This document shows positions 25,525-33,376 of a stretch of DNA of 43,120 nt, in pieces. A program made the position numbers and the translations under genes. Source of the stretch: a virus. The stretch is taken from IMG/VR virus record IMGVR_UViG_3300048911_000054. One strand, written 5' to 3'. A model generated the notes under the pieces. That model had not been told where the DNA came from. It ran no database searches and saw only the letters and a list, made by a program, of their open reading frames with translations. How positions within the stretch are numbered: position 1 is the first letter of the stretch; the number at the start of each line of letters is the position of its first letter.

Positions 25525-26211
25525 GTGAAAATTGAAATTCTTGAAGGAAAGTCACTGCGTTACGAACTGGTTGGGAGTCGCATCACTTGCGATCCCGCGC
25601 CAACCGACACCGACCAGGATGTTCTTGTGCTGACAACCGCAGAGCTTTGGGATACGTCGCTGGGCGCCGAACTGGGTCTGACCGGTTTCGATAAGGGCGG
25701 CAGCGATTGCGGCAGCCAGGTCGACTACCTTTCGCAAGTACCGCTCAGCTTCCAGTCGTTCACCAAGGACGATCTGAATTTGATCATCACCTTCGATCCT
25801 GAGTTCTTTCGCCGCTTCATGGCTGCAACCGCCGTCGCAAAAAGCCTGAACCTGATGGAAAAGGATGACCGGGTGATGCTGTTCCAGGCTGTCCTGTACG
25901 GCAACGAGCCAATGACCCAAAAGGACTTTGAGATTCCACCACCGCCGGCAGATCACATCAGCGCGTACTGGGTTGAGTCAGAAAACAACGCTGGCTGTGT
26001 CGAGGCCATGAACACGGAGGAAGCCAAAAAGCTTGGCGCTGAAGCACTGAAGGCGGAAATCATCGAATGCAGCAGCCTGCCATATCCCGCGCAGCCTCGA
26101 CTGGTAACGCATACACATGAATCCTGGGGAGTCACCCCGTCGTTTTGCTACAGGCCGAACCAATGCAAGGGCCGCAGTTCCTGCCCTCAGAACTATTCCT
26201 GCACCGAATAA
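25525..26211 (+). CDS. Minimal nucleotidyltransferase-like N-domain fused to a Cys-rich C-terminus, 228 aa
   Basis: GTG start. GSRITCDPAPTDTDQDVLVL (GS...DxD-like), later DDLNLIITFD. C-terminus FCYRPNQCKGRSSCPQNYSC. Confidence 0.4.
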   Translation: MKIEILEGKSLRYELVGSRITCDPAPTDTDQDVLVLTTAELWDTSLGAELGLTGFDKGGSDCGSQVDYLSQVPLSFQSFTKDDLNLIITFDPEFFRRFMAATAVAKSLNLMEKDDRVMLFQAVLYGNEPMTQKDFEIPPPPADHISAYWVESENNAGCVEAMNTEEAKKLGAEALKAEIIECSSLPYPAQPRLVTHTHESWGVTPSFCYRPNQCKGRSSCPQNYSCTE

Positions 26212-26224
26212 ATGGAGAATAACC

Positions 26225-26584
26225 GTGAACACAAAAACCGAAGAAACCAGACACGCGATGTACCAGCACCTGGAGGGTGTGAAGAAGACGATCAAGAAGG
26301 GCTTCAGCCCCCGGGCGAAGATGTCCGACTTTGAGTCGGCGCTTAAGGAACATCTTGAGTCGCTGAGGCAAGACCTGGCATTCATGAAAGCGCAACTTAT
26401 GAACTGCCGCCAGGCCAACACTGACCTGCAGCTGCGCATCCACGCCCTGGAACACGCCGCGCATGTGAATGGCCAGGCCAACCTTGAGGCCGGCGATCAG
26501 CTGCGTGAGGCCCAGGCGCTTATCCAACGCCAGCGCGAATACATCGGCAAGGTCCACGTTGAGGGATTGGGAGTACGAACATGA
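26225..26584 (+). CDS. Coiled-coil protein, 119 aa
   Basis: GTG start preceded by the same GGAGAATAACC context as the previous gene. Confidence 0.5.
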   Translation: MNTKTEETRHAMYQHLEGVKKTIKKGFSPRAKMSDFESALKEHLESLRQDLAFMKAQLMNCRQANTDLQLRIHALEHAAHVNGQANLEAGDQLREAQALIQRQREYIGKVHVEGLGVRT

Positions 26585-26844
26585 GCACTGAGAAAATGCG
26601 AGAAGAATTTGAGGCGTGGGCTCTAGAAGGGTGGGCGGAAGAAAGCCTGTCTAGGTTCACGAATGGGGATTACTGCGGGCATACGCTGAATTTCTGCTGG
26701 CTTGCATGGCAGGCCTCAAGGAAATCAATAGTTATTGACCTTCCTACCGAGTACGACTGCTGTGGAGGGACCACCTCGTATGAAATCCGAGATATGGCAA
26801 TCGAAGCTGTAAAGGAAAAAGGCTTGGGAGTCTCTAATGAATAA
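26581..26844 (+). CDS. Hypothetical protein, 87 aa (paralog of the next gene)
   Basis: EEFEAWA...WLAWQASRKSIVIDLP. Confidence 0.55.
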   Translation: MSTEKMREEFEAWALEGWAEESLSRFTNGDYCGHTLNFCWLAWQASRKSIVIDLPTEYDCCGGTTSYEIRDMAIEAVKEKGLGVSNE

Positions 26845-27118
26845 GCCAATGGACATTCAGTTCGAAGCGTGGGCGCGGAAAATGTCCATGGACCTTGAGT
26901 ATCGAAACATTCCTGGCGTCGGACAATTCTACGAATGCCCACGAACGTTGCTGGCTCTGGAAGCCTGGCAAGCCTCCCGCGCAGCCATTGAGGTGGAGTT
27001 GCCTAAGATTGTCGATAAGGAATGGGAAAACACGCATGCCGAGCGCTCGGCAATGCGCGAAGCAATCGGATGGTGCAAAAAGCGCATCGAGTCACTCGGA
27101 CTGAAGGTGAAGCCATGA
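26837..27118 (+). CDS. Hypothetical protein, 93 aa (paralog of the previous gene)
   Basis: IQFEAWA...LEAWQASRAAIEVELP. Confidence 0.55.
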   Translation: MNKPMDIQFEAWARKMSMDLEYRNIPGVGQFYECPRTLLALEAWQASRAAIEVELPKIVDKEWENTHAERSAMREAIGWCKKRIESLGLKVKP

Positions 27119-27252
27119 CCAAGCGCACCTGGACAATCCGCGTCGACGGATACCGACCTTTTCAAATGGTGCTGCTCGACGGCGCACTCGACCACGCCGG
27201 GGCTCTGCGGGAAGCGCGGGGCATCTGGCCAAATTGTGAGGTTTTTCCATGA
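27115..27252 (+). CDS. Hypothetical small protein, 45 aa
   Basis: ATGA overlaps at both ends. Confidence 0.45.
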   Translation: MTKRTWTIRVDGYRPFQMVLLDGALDHAGALREARGIWPNCEVFP

Positions 27253-27593
27253 GCGCCAACCACGCAAAACACTTCGAAACCCGCAAGGCCTCTGCCGAGG
27301 AAACCGCGCGCTGGCTTCTCCCGGAAGTTCAGCGGGCAGAGGGTCGGGGCTTCGATGAAGTCTCGATCAAGGTCCGAGACATGAAGGAGCTGCTGTCGTA
27401 CATAGAGGCCGTATCTTACCGGGAGCGGGTCGAGTTCTCGGGCAAGCGCCTTGGCTACGCCAACCCTCAGGCCATGCGCGATCTGCTGAGCCGCAAGGTC
27501 GACAAGATCGAGGTTTTCGCCATCCAGTCGAAGTATGCCTGCACCCTGGCCAGCTACACGGACTTGCCGCCGAAGGGAGTTGGTGATGAGTGA
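27249..27593 (+). CDS. Hypothetical protein, 114 aa
   Basis: ATGA coupling; coding-like codon pattern. Confidence 0.55.
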   Translation: MSANHAKHFETRKASAEETARWLLPEVQRAEGRGFDEVSIKVRDMKELLSYIEAVSYRERVEFSGKRLGYANPQAMRDLLSRKVDKIEVFAIQSKYACTLASYTDLPPKGVGDE

Positions 27594-27783
27594 TTACTAC
27601 TGCATCAAGACCAGGCGATTCATCAAGTCGCATTGCTACGCGGGCCATGAGTACACGCCTGAAAATACTGGGGTAGATTCCAGAGGGAACAGGTTCTGCA
27701 AATGCTGCGCACGAACAAACGGGCGCAACCGTCTGCGTAAATTCCGTATCCGAGAAGCTATTGCAAGTGCGGCAGAGTCGTAG
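27586..27783 (+). CDS. Zinc-binding small protein (CxxGH...CxxC), 65 aa
   Basis: MSDYYCIKT...HCYAGHEYTPENTGVDSRGNRFCKCCARTN. Confidence 0.5.
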   Translation: MSDYYCIKTRRFIKSHCYAGHEYTPENTGVDSRGNRFCKCCARTNGRNRLRKFRIREAIASAAES

Positions 27784-27832
27784 CATTATCACTCCCGCCA
27801 AGACCGTCAGACAGTCGAAGCAAGAAGACCAT

Positions 27833-27952
27833 GTGCCGGGGACAAGCCCGTTGTAGCAATGCCTTGTTTCCATCTGTGATCAAGCCTCCCCGGCACTGGT
27901 CGACCACAGATGGGAGTCTGACCAAGGCATTGACTAGAACGGGCTTTTTTTT
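27833..27952 (+). terminator. Complex RNA element: ~100-nt interrupted hairpin plus U8 (terminator) with an upstream 10-nt competitor segment
   Basis: Nested stems: 27844-52/27938-46, 27854-56/27934-36, 27857-66/27923-32, 27870-78/27905-13. T8 tract at 27945-52. 27833-42 (GTGCCGGGGA) is perfectly complementary to apical-loop 27887-96. Confidence 0.65.
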
Positions 27953-27985
27953 GCATTGAATTAAACCAACCGAGAAGGAAGAACC

Positions 27986-28972
27986 ATGAACAGCGCACAA
28001 CGAGCAGTAGTTGCAGCAGCCAAGAAAGACGGGCTTTCCCCGATGGAAGTGGCCGCCGAACTGATGAACCACGATATCACCGAAGTGGTCCTGGGCCTGA
28101 TGCGCAAGCGTGAGGTGGCATTCAACAAGCTGGGCGAGAAGGAGCAGGACGCGGTGATCGCTGAGATCGGCGCCGAACTGAAGAAGATCACCGCCACCGC
28201 TGCCCGCGTCATCAACAGCCAGGGTGTGGAGTGCGTCCAGGCCAAGATGAAGTCCCTGAAGATCGACGGCAAGCTCACCGCCACCATGGTGATCGAAGGC
28301 GACGAGCCAAACCGCCACGTCCTGACAGACAAGACTCACGATAAGTCGGACATCCTGATCGTCCTCTACTCCAACAACTACAACGAGGGCATGAGTGCCC
28401 ACGTCGGCGAAAAGGACCAGAAGCCACTCGATCTTGAAGGCGACGGTAAGCCGGCCGGCAAGAAGTCGGCGCCCAAGGCCAAGGCCGGCACAGAAAAGAA
28501 GATTGAGCTGACTCCGAAGCTTATCGCCGACGGCCGAGACTTCGTTACCATCCAACAGAACGCTAGCATCAAAGGCCTTCAGAATATTTTGCACATTGGC
28601 TATGACAAGGCCGAAGCGCTGCTGAAGCTGTACGAGGGCGAAGGTCTGGTCAAGTTCGTGGGCACTGATCAGAACGGCCAGTACGAGATCGTGCGCGCCG
28701 GAAAGCCACTCACTGATGCTCCAGATGCACTGGTCAATTCTCAACTGTACGGCGAACTGACCTACAGCGAAGTTCAGCAGACCGTGGTGCTGCATGCCAC
28801 GAACTTCGAACTGGCCTGGTTGGTGTCGCGTTTCAAGATCGACGAAGAGCGCGCCAGTCATCTGTGCCTGCAACTGCTGGATGACGGCGTGATTGAAGCC
28901 TTGGCATCCACTGACCTTGACGCAGAACCGCAGTACGAAGTCATCGCCAAGCTGGAAGACCTGACCATCTGA
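27986..28972 (+). CDS. Protein with FtsK-gamma-like winged-helix domain(s), 328 aa
   Basis: DFVTIQQNASIKGLQNILHIGYDKAEALLKLYEGEGLV resembles the FtsK gamma domain (..ASIS.LQR.L.IGYNRAAR..E.ME..G.V). A second, weaker wHTH-like segment: TNFELAWLVSRFKIDEERASHLCLQLLDDGVI. SD GAAGGAAG. Confidence 0.6.
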   Translation: MNSAQRAVVAAAKKDGLSPMEVAAELMNHDITEVVLGLMRKREVAFNKLGEKEQDAVIAEIGAELKKITATAARVINSQGVECVQAKMKSLKIDGKLTATMVIEGDEPNRHVLTDKTHDKSDILIVLYSNNYNEGMSAHVGEKDQKPLDLEGDGKPAGKKSAPKAKAGTEKKIELTPKLIADGRDFVTIQQNASIKGLQNILHIGYDKAEALLKLYEGEGLVKFVGTDQNGQYEIVRAGKPLTDAPDALVNSQLYGELTYSEVQQTVVLHATNFELAWLVSRFKIDEERASHLCLQLLDDGVIEALASTDLDAEPQYEVIAKLEDLTI

Positions 28973-28990
28973 TCCAGCATAGAAACACAA

Positions 28991-29019
28991 AAGCCCCGGC
29001 CGAAACGCTGGGGCTTTTT
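28991..29019 (+). terminator. Intrinsic terminator after the FtsK-gamma-like gene
   Basis: AAGCCCCGGC-cgaaac-GCTGGGGCTT followed by TTTTA. Confidence 0.75.
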
Positions 29020-29098
29020 ATTTGATGGCGAATTGTACTTGCGCTGGGTTGTTGGTGGCTATATGATCATCAAACACAAACCAAATAGGAACCATAAA

Positions 29099-29296
29099 AT
29101 GGCACACGTAGACTCCCGCATTGCACCCAAGTTTGTCGTCCGCTTTGACGATGATCAGCCGCGCGCCGAGGTAGAGAAGGCATCCAAGGAACAGCACATC
29201 TCCATGAACGCCTTCATCCTCCAGGCCATCGACGAGAAGCTGGCGCGCGGCGCACGCATCGACCGCCTGCTGGACGTTGTTGAATTCAAACTCTGA
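29099..29296 (+). CDS. Arc/MetJ-type ribbon-helix-helix protein, 65 aa
   Basis: APKFVVRFDDDQPRAEVEKASKEQHISMNAFILQAIDEKL fits an RHH pattern. Start at ATG 29099 with SD AGGAA. Confidence 0.6.
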   Translation: MAHVDSRIAPKFVVRFDDDQPRAEVEKASKEQHISMNAFILQAIDEKLARGARIDRLLDVVEFKL

Positions 29297-29310
29297 CCAA
29301 GGAAATACCC

Positions 29311-29754
29311 ATGACTACTGAAACCGTGACCTTCAACGTATCCGACTATCTCAGCGAAGATGAGATGAAGAACATCGCCGCTCAAGAATTCCGTGCGGCA
29401 TGCGCAAATTCTTCAAGCAAAAACTTTGAGCGGATTATCAGCAACTCTGCTTACGACCTCGTCGGCGAACTGGTTGACCAGCACTTCGATGGGAAGTTGG
29501 TTGAAGTCCTGAAAGCCAACACGATCAAAGTTATTGAAGGCCTGTCATCCCATACCGTTTTCTCGCCGCCTTCGGCCTGGGACCGCGCTGCAAGCAAAGG
29601 CTTCGAACACCTGCAGTCTCTGCTGGATGAGAACAAGCCAATGATCGAACACCGTTTAAGGTCGATCATCGCCAACTACAACAGCGAAGAGCTGCGTGAA
29701 ATGGTTGAGCGTCAAGTCGGCGAAGCCATCATTGCCAAACTGATCAAGGAATAA
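29311..29754 (+). CDS. Hypothetical acidic helical protein, 147 aa
   Basis: SD AAGGAAA. AT-richer than the neighbouring genes. Confidence 0.55.
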   Translation: MTTETVTFNVSDYLSEDEMKNIAAQEFRAACANSSSKNFERIISNSAYDLVGELVDQHFDGKLVEVLKANTIKVIEGLSSHTVFSPPSAWDRAASKGFEHLQSLLDENKPMIEHRLRSIIANYNSEELREMVERQVGEAIIAKLIKE

Positions 29755-29758
29755 AACC

Positions 29759-30532
29759 GTGAGTAATAGCGAACTGATCCAAACCCCAGAAAACATGCCG
29801 ATCCAGGTCAGCGAATCATCAATGATGATCCAGATGATCCAGCGAGCGGCAGCAGACCCAGCCGTCGACGTGGACAAGATGGAGCGCTTGATGCAGATGC
29901 ATGAGCGCTTTGTTGACCGCAGTGCATCGGCAGCATTCAACGCCGCAATGGTCCGTGCCCAGCGCCGTATTGGGCCGGTGTACCGCTCAAGCTTCAACAG
30001 CCAGACCAACAGCGGCTATGCCAAGCTGGAAGACATCGACAAAAAGATCAGCCCGGAATACACCGACGAGGGTTTTTCTCTGTCGTTCGGTACCGAGGAC
30101 TCTCCGCTTGCAGGCCATCTGCGTGTTGTATGCGATGTGATGCATGAGCAAGGCCATACCAAGCGCTACCACATGGACCTTCCGCTGGACGCCGCGGGCA
30201 TTGCAGGCAAGGTGAACAAGACAGGTGTGCACGCCCACGGCTCGACCAACAGCTATGCCCGTCGCTATCTCACCATGAACATCTTCAACGTGGTCCTGAC
30301 CAACGAAGACAATGACGGCAACAATCAGCCGGTCGATGAACCGTCCATCACCGACTTGCAGATCAAGCAACTGGAGGTACTGATTCCAAAGTGCAGTGAG
30401 AAGGCACGCGGCGCATTCAGGAAACTCTACCCGGACATTGCAGCCATCCCGCGCAGCGCCTTCGACACCGTACTAAACCAGCTGACCACGTCGGCACAGA
30501 AGAACGCCCAGGCGCAGGAAGGTGATGCATGA
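29759..30532 (+). CDS. erf: ERF-family single-strand annealing protein, 257 aa
   Basis: SGYAKLEDIDKKISP and HGSTNSYARRYLTMNIFNVVLTNEDNDGN match ERF signatures. Confidence 0.8.
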   Translation: MSNSELIQTPENMPIQVSESSMMIQMIQRAAADPAVDVDKMERLMQMHERFVDRSASAAFNAAMVRAQRRIGPVYRSSFNSQTNSGYAKLEDIDKKISPEYTDEGFSLSFGTEDSPLAGHLRVVCDVMHEQGHTKRYHMDLPLDAAGIAGKVNKTGVHAHGSTNSYARRYLTMNIFNVVLTNEDNDGNNQPVDEPSITDLQIKQLEVLIPKCSEKARGAFRKLYPDIAAIPRSAFDTVLNQLTTSAQKNAQAQEGDA

Positions 30533-30873
30533 GCGGACATACCCCAGGACCATGGGCGGTCATAAATTCCACCGGCGTTTTCTCTGCTTTAGGCTCTGAT
30601 AGCGGTGACGGCACACAGGCCGATAGCAATGATGGCTGGAATATCTGCGACTGCTCCGTTGGCGTTACCGCTGTTGATGGCGAGTATGTAGAGCTTGGCT
30701 TTGGAGTTCAGAAGGCAAATGCAAGGCTGATCTCAATGTCGCCACAGCTGCTTCTCGCTCTTGTTGATGCAGCCGATATATTCCGTGGTCTTGCAGATGC
30801 GGTGCCTCTTTTGAAAGAACGATCTGAAGCGTATGACCACTTGATCGCAAAGGCCCGAGGTGACTACGAATGA
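30529..30873 (+). CDS. Hypothetical protein with N-terminal HTPGPW motif, 114 aa
   Basis: MSGHTPGPWAV..., a recurrent small phage protein family. Confidence 0.55.
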   Translation: MSGHTPGPWAVINSTGVFSALGSDSGDGTQADSNDGWNICDCSVGVTAVDGEYVELGFGVQKANARLISMSPQLLLALVDAADIFRGLADAVPLLKERSEAYDHLIAKARGDYE

Positions 30874-31493
30874 GCGGCCCTATCTACCTGAACTGCGAGC
30901 AGGGCACTGATGAATGGTTCGCGGCGCGCGCAGGGATTCTCACTGCCTCTGTGATGAGCTGCCTGCTCGTGGACGGCAAACATAAATCCGGGCTCGGGGC
31001 TGGCGCATTCACGCTGATGAACCAGCTGATTGGCGAACGATTCACTGGTGAGGCTGCTGACAAGTTCGAAGGTAACCGTCACACAGAGCGCGGTCATGAG
31101 CTTGAGCCGGTTGCGCGCAAATTCGTCAGCGAGCGCCTGGGCATCGATATCGTGGACTGCGGGATCATCCTCAACCACGGTTGCGGGTACAGCCCGGACG
31201 GCCTTGTAGGCGACGACGGCCTGGTCGAGATCAAGACCAAGCTGCCAAAGCTGCAGGTCGAAGTGATCCTGGGCGGCGTAATCCCTGCTGAACACATGGT
31301 GCAGTGCCAGGTTGGTATCTGGTTAAGCGAGCGCGATCACCTGGACTTCGCCTCGTTCTACCCAGGCATGCCGCTTTTCCACAAGCGGACCTACCGCGAC
31401 GAATCCATGATCGCCACGCTGCAAACCAAAGTCTCGCGCTTCTACGAAATCATGGAAGAGCGCACCCAACAAATCATCGATCTGACGAGCTGA
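30870..31493 (+). CDS. YqaJ-type (lambda Exo-like) recombination exonuclease, 207 aa
   Basis: GTDEWFAARAGILTASVMS, ERGHELEP, SPDGLVGDDGLVEIKT (D..E.K). Confidence 0.8.
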   Translation: MSGPIYLNCEQGTDEWFAARAGILTASVMSCLLVDGKHKSGLGAGAFTLMNQLIGERFTGEAADKFEGNRHTERGHELEPVARKFVSERLGIDIVDCGIILNHGCGYSPDGLVGDDGLVEIKTKLPKLQVEVILGGVIPAEHMVQCQVGIWLSERDHLDFASFYPGMPLFHKRTYRDESMIATLQTKVSRFYEIMEERTQQIIDLTS

Positions 31494-31495
31494 TC

Positions 31496-31912
31496 ATGGA
31501 CTTTCGCCTCGCAACAGAAGCTGATCGTACCCGTCTGATGGGATACATCGCCGGCATGAACATTGAGAAACCGAGCAAGGTATCTATCAACGGCCAGGAT
31601 CGCAGTGTTGAGCAGAACAAAAAGCTGCACGCCTGCCTGAATGACATCGCGACTCAGGTCGAACACGCCGGCATGAAGTGGGATGTGACTGTCTGGAAGC
31701 GGCTTTGTACCGCCGCATGGCTTCGTGAGCGAGGCGCTAGTATCCAGATGATCCCGGCTATCGACGGCAAAGGAATTGACGTGCTGTACGAGCCCACAAG
31801 CAAGCTGAGCATGAAGAAGTGCGCCGAGCTTATCGAATGGGTCCAGGCGTTCGGAGCTGAGCATGATGTGAAGTGGTCACAGACCGATCACTGGAACGGC
31901 CGATACGATTAA
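31496..31912 (+). CDS. ninB: NinB/Orf-family recombination mediator, 138 aa
   Basis: RSVEQNKKLHACLNDIA and CAELIEWVQAFGAEH motifs. Confidence 0.7.
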   Translation: MDFRLATEADRTRLMGYIAGMNIEKPSKVSINGQDRSVEQNKKLHACLNDIATQVEHAGMKWDVTVWKRLCTAAWLRERGASIQMIPAIDGKGIDVLYEPTSKLSMKKCAELIEWVQAFGAEHDVKWSQTDHWNGRYD

Positions 31913-31937
31913 CCAACCAAAGCAACTGGAGAGAGAT

Positions 31938-32012
31938 ATGGAAACCGTGATTGATTGGAGTGATTACGCCGGCTGGAACAAAGCACAGCGTGAAGCTTGG
32001 AGGAAGCTATGA
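31938..32012 (+). CDS. Micro-ORF, 24 aa
   Basis: METVIDWSDYAGWNKAQREAWRKL. SD GGAGAGAG. ATGA overlap with the next gene. Confidence 0.35.
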   Translation: METVIDWSDYAGWNKAQREAWRKL

Positions 32013-32362
32013 GCGAATTCGTAGAATTGAAGACGCAGGACCTGTCGGACGCGGCGCTGGATTGGGCTGTTGGGTATGCGGTGCGCTGGCATGACCCTGA
32101 TAGCCGGGAAGCCTGGGCGCATGACTGGCTTCGCTGCTATTGCCCGTCAACCGACTGGAGCGATGGTGGTCCGCTTATCGAGAAGTACAAGCTCGACATC
32201 GGCGCGCCACTGGAAAACCAGAATGGCCCATGGAATGCAGCCACCGAGTGGAGTCACCCCATGGGCTACAAGGGCGACACCCCGCTGATTTCTGCCTGTC
32301 GAGCCATCGTTGCCTCGGTCCTTGGCGACACCGTGAACGTGCCAAAGGAACTGATGCCATGA
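32009..32362 (+). CDS. DUF2591-family phage protein, 117 aa
   Basis: LSDAALDWAVGYAV...CPSTDWSDGGPLIEKYKL...GDTPLISACRAIVASVLGDTVNVP. Confidence 0.65.
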   Translation: MSEFVELKTQDLSDAALDWAVGYAVRWHDPDSREAWAHDWLRCYCPSTDWSDGGPLIEKYKLDIGAPLENQNGPWNAATEWSHPMGYKGDTPLISACRAIVASVLGDTVNVPKELMP

Positions 32363-32517
32363 CCACGCACCGAATCCAAGACAACACCGGCCGCTGGCAC
32401 CACGTAACAAAGTCCACCAGCAACTTCGGCTCATATTGCGAATGGCACAAGGGAACCCCCAAACGACTTTGGATGCCGGGCCAGTTCAATTCTAAAACCG
32501 TGGAGGTTGTTCGATGA
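32359..32517 (+). CDS. Hypothetical small protein, 52 aa
   Basis: ATGA overlaps at both ends. Confidence 0.45.
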   Translation: MTTHRIQDNTGRWHHVTKSTSNFGSYCEWHKGTPKRLWMPGQFNSKTVEVVR

Positions 32518-32702
32518 GTCGTATCGAAGAACTCCAAGGCCGGCGCTGGGCCTGCGATATGTGCAACGACCGGGCGCGTGATGCGGTCATTGGGAAGGAG
32601 GGCCTGATCCAACTGCTGAAGGGTGGCCTGGTCGATAAGCCAGAAGGCTACAAGAAGGGCGTTCTGGAGATCATTGAGATTGTGCGGAGGGTTGAGCAGT
32701 GA
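32514..32702 (+). CDS. Hypothetical small protein, 62 aa
   Basis: Coupled ORF; CDMC motif. Confidence 0.5.
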   Translation: MSRIEELQGRRWACDMCNDRARDAVIGKEGLIQLLKGGLVDKPEGYKKGVLEIIEIVRRVEQ

Positions 32703-32998
32703 GTAAGCAAGACAAGTTCACCAAAGCGGCGCGCGGCCGGGATTGCCAGGTCAGGCTCGACGGCTGCCCGAACGACACAGAAACCACCGTTCTTGCCCAC
32801 TATCGATTGGCAGGAACATGCGGCGTTGGGATCAAGCCCAAGAATCTGCAAGGTGCCTGGGCCTGCCTGTATTGCCACGATCAAATTGATGGGCGCACCA
32901 AGGCCGGACTGACACGCGACGAGCTGCGCCTCTACCACGCCGAGGGCGTATTCCGCACAATCGATACACTGATCAGTGAAGGGGTATTGAAGCCATGA
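32699..32998 (+). CDS. DUF1364 (YbcO-like) putative nuclease, 99 aa
   Basis: ARGRDCQVRLDGCPNDTETTVLAHYR...ACLYCHDQIDG. Confidence 0.65.
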   Translation: MSKQDKFTKAARGRDCQVRLDGCPNDTETTVLAHYRLAGTCGVGIKPKNLQGAWACLYCHDQIDGRTKAGLTRDELRLYHAEGVFRTIDTLISEGVLKP

Positions 32999-33135
32999 GA
33001 ACCCGACGCTACTCGTTCAACCAACTGATGGACCGGCTGACATCCGGCGTATGGTGCGTGGTCGAAATGAACCACGGCTACGAATTCGTGCAGGTTCTGC
33101 ACCGTGACTATGGAAAAAAGACCGATGGAAAATAA
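32995..33135 (+). CDS. Hypothetical small protein, 46 aa
   Basis: Hand translation MRTRRYSFNQLMDRLTSGVWCVVEMNHGYEFVQVLHRDYGKKTDGK; ATGA overlap upstream. Confidence 0.4.
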   Translation: MRTRRYSFNQLMDRLTSGVWCVVEMNHGYEFVQVLHRDYGKKTDGK

Positions 33136-33376
33136 ACCTGAGATGCCAGAGAAGCTGGAGTTTGAAGCCGTGGCCGTGGCTGATAGTGCATCGACCGGTG
33201 GCCGGCGTAAGGTTCTGAAGAACAAGCAGTTCGGCGTGACGCTGGTTGTTACTTGGGCTCCGCCACACTTGGACATCGGCCTGCAGTCATTCAGCTGCGC
33301 GGCACTCCCACACTGGACCTGGAACAACTACGAAGCCATGCGCAAAACCTACAACGAGAAGGTAGCCACACAATGA
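33125..33376 (+). CDS. Hypothetical protein, ~83 aa (start uncertain: 33104, 33110 or 33125)
   Basis: ORF-track frame 33104..33376; ATG 33125 overlaps the previous stop. Confidence 0.45.
   Translation: MENKPEMPEKLEFEAVAVADSASTGGRRKVLKNKQFGVTLVVTWAPPHLDIGLQSFSCAALPHWTWNNYEAMRKTYNEKVATQ

Noticed and set aside
27758-28990. 410-aa minus-strand ORF covering the FtsK-gamma-like gene
   Set aside because: It looks like an antisense shadow ORF (rich in L, V, D, G, Q and H). It starts inside a terminator and runs against the operon direction. The plus-strand frame has an SD and a recognisable winged-helix motif.
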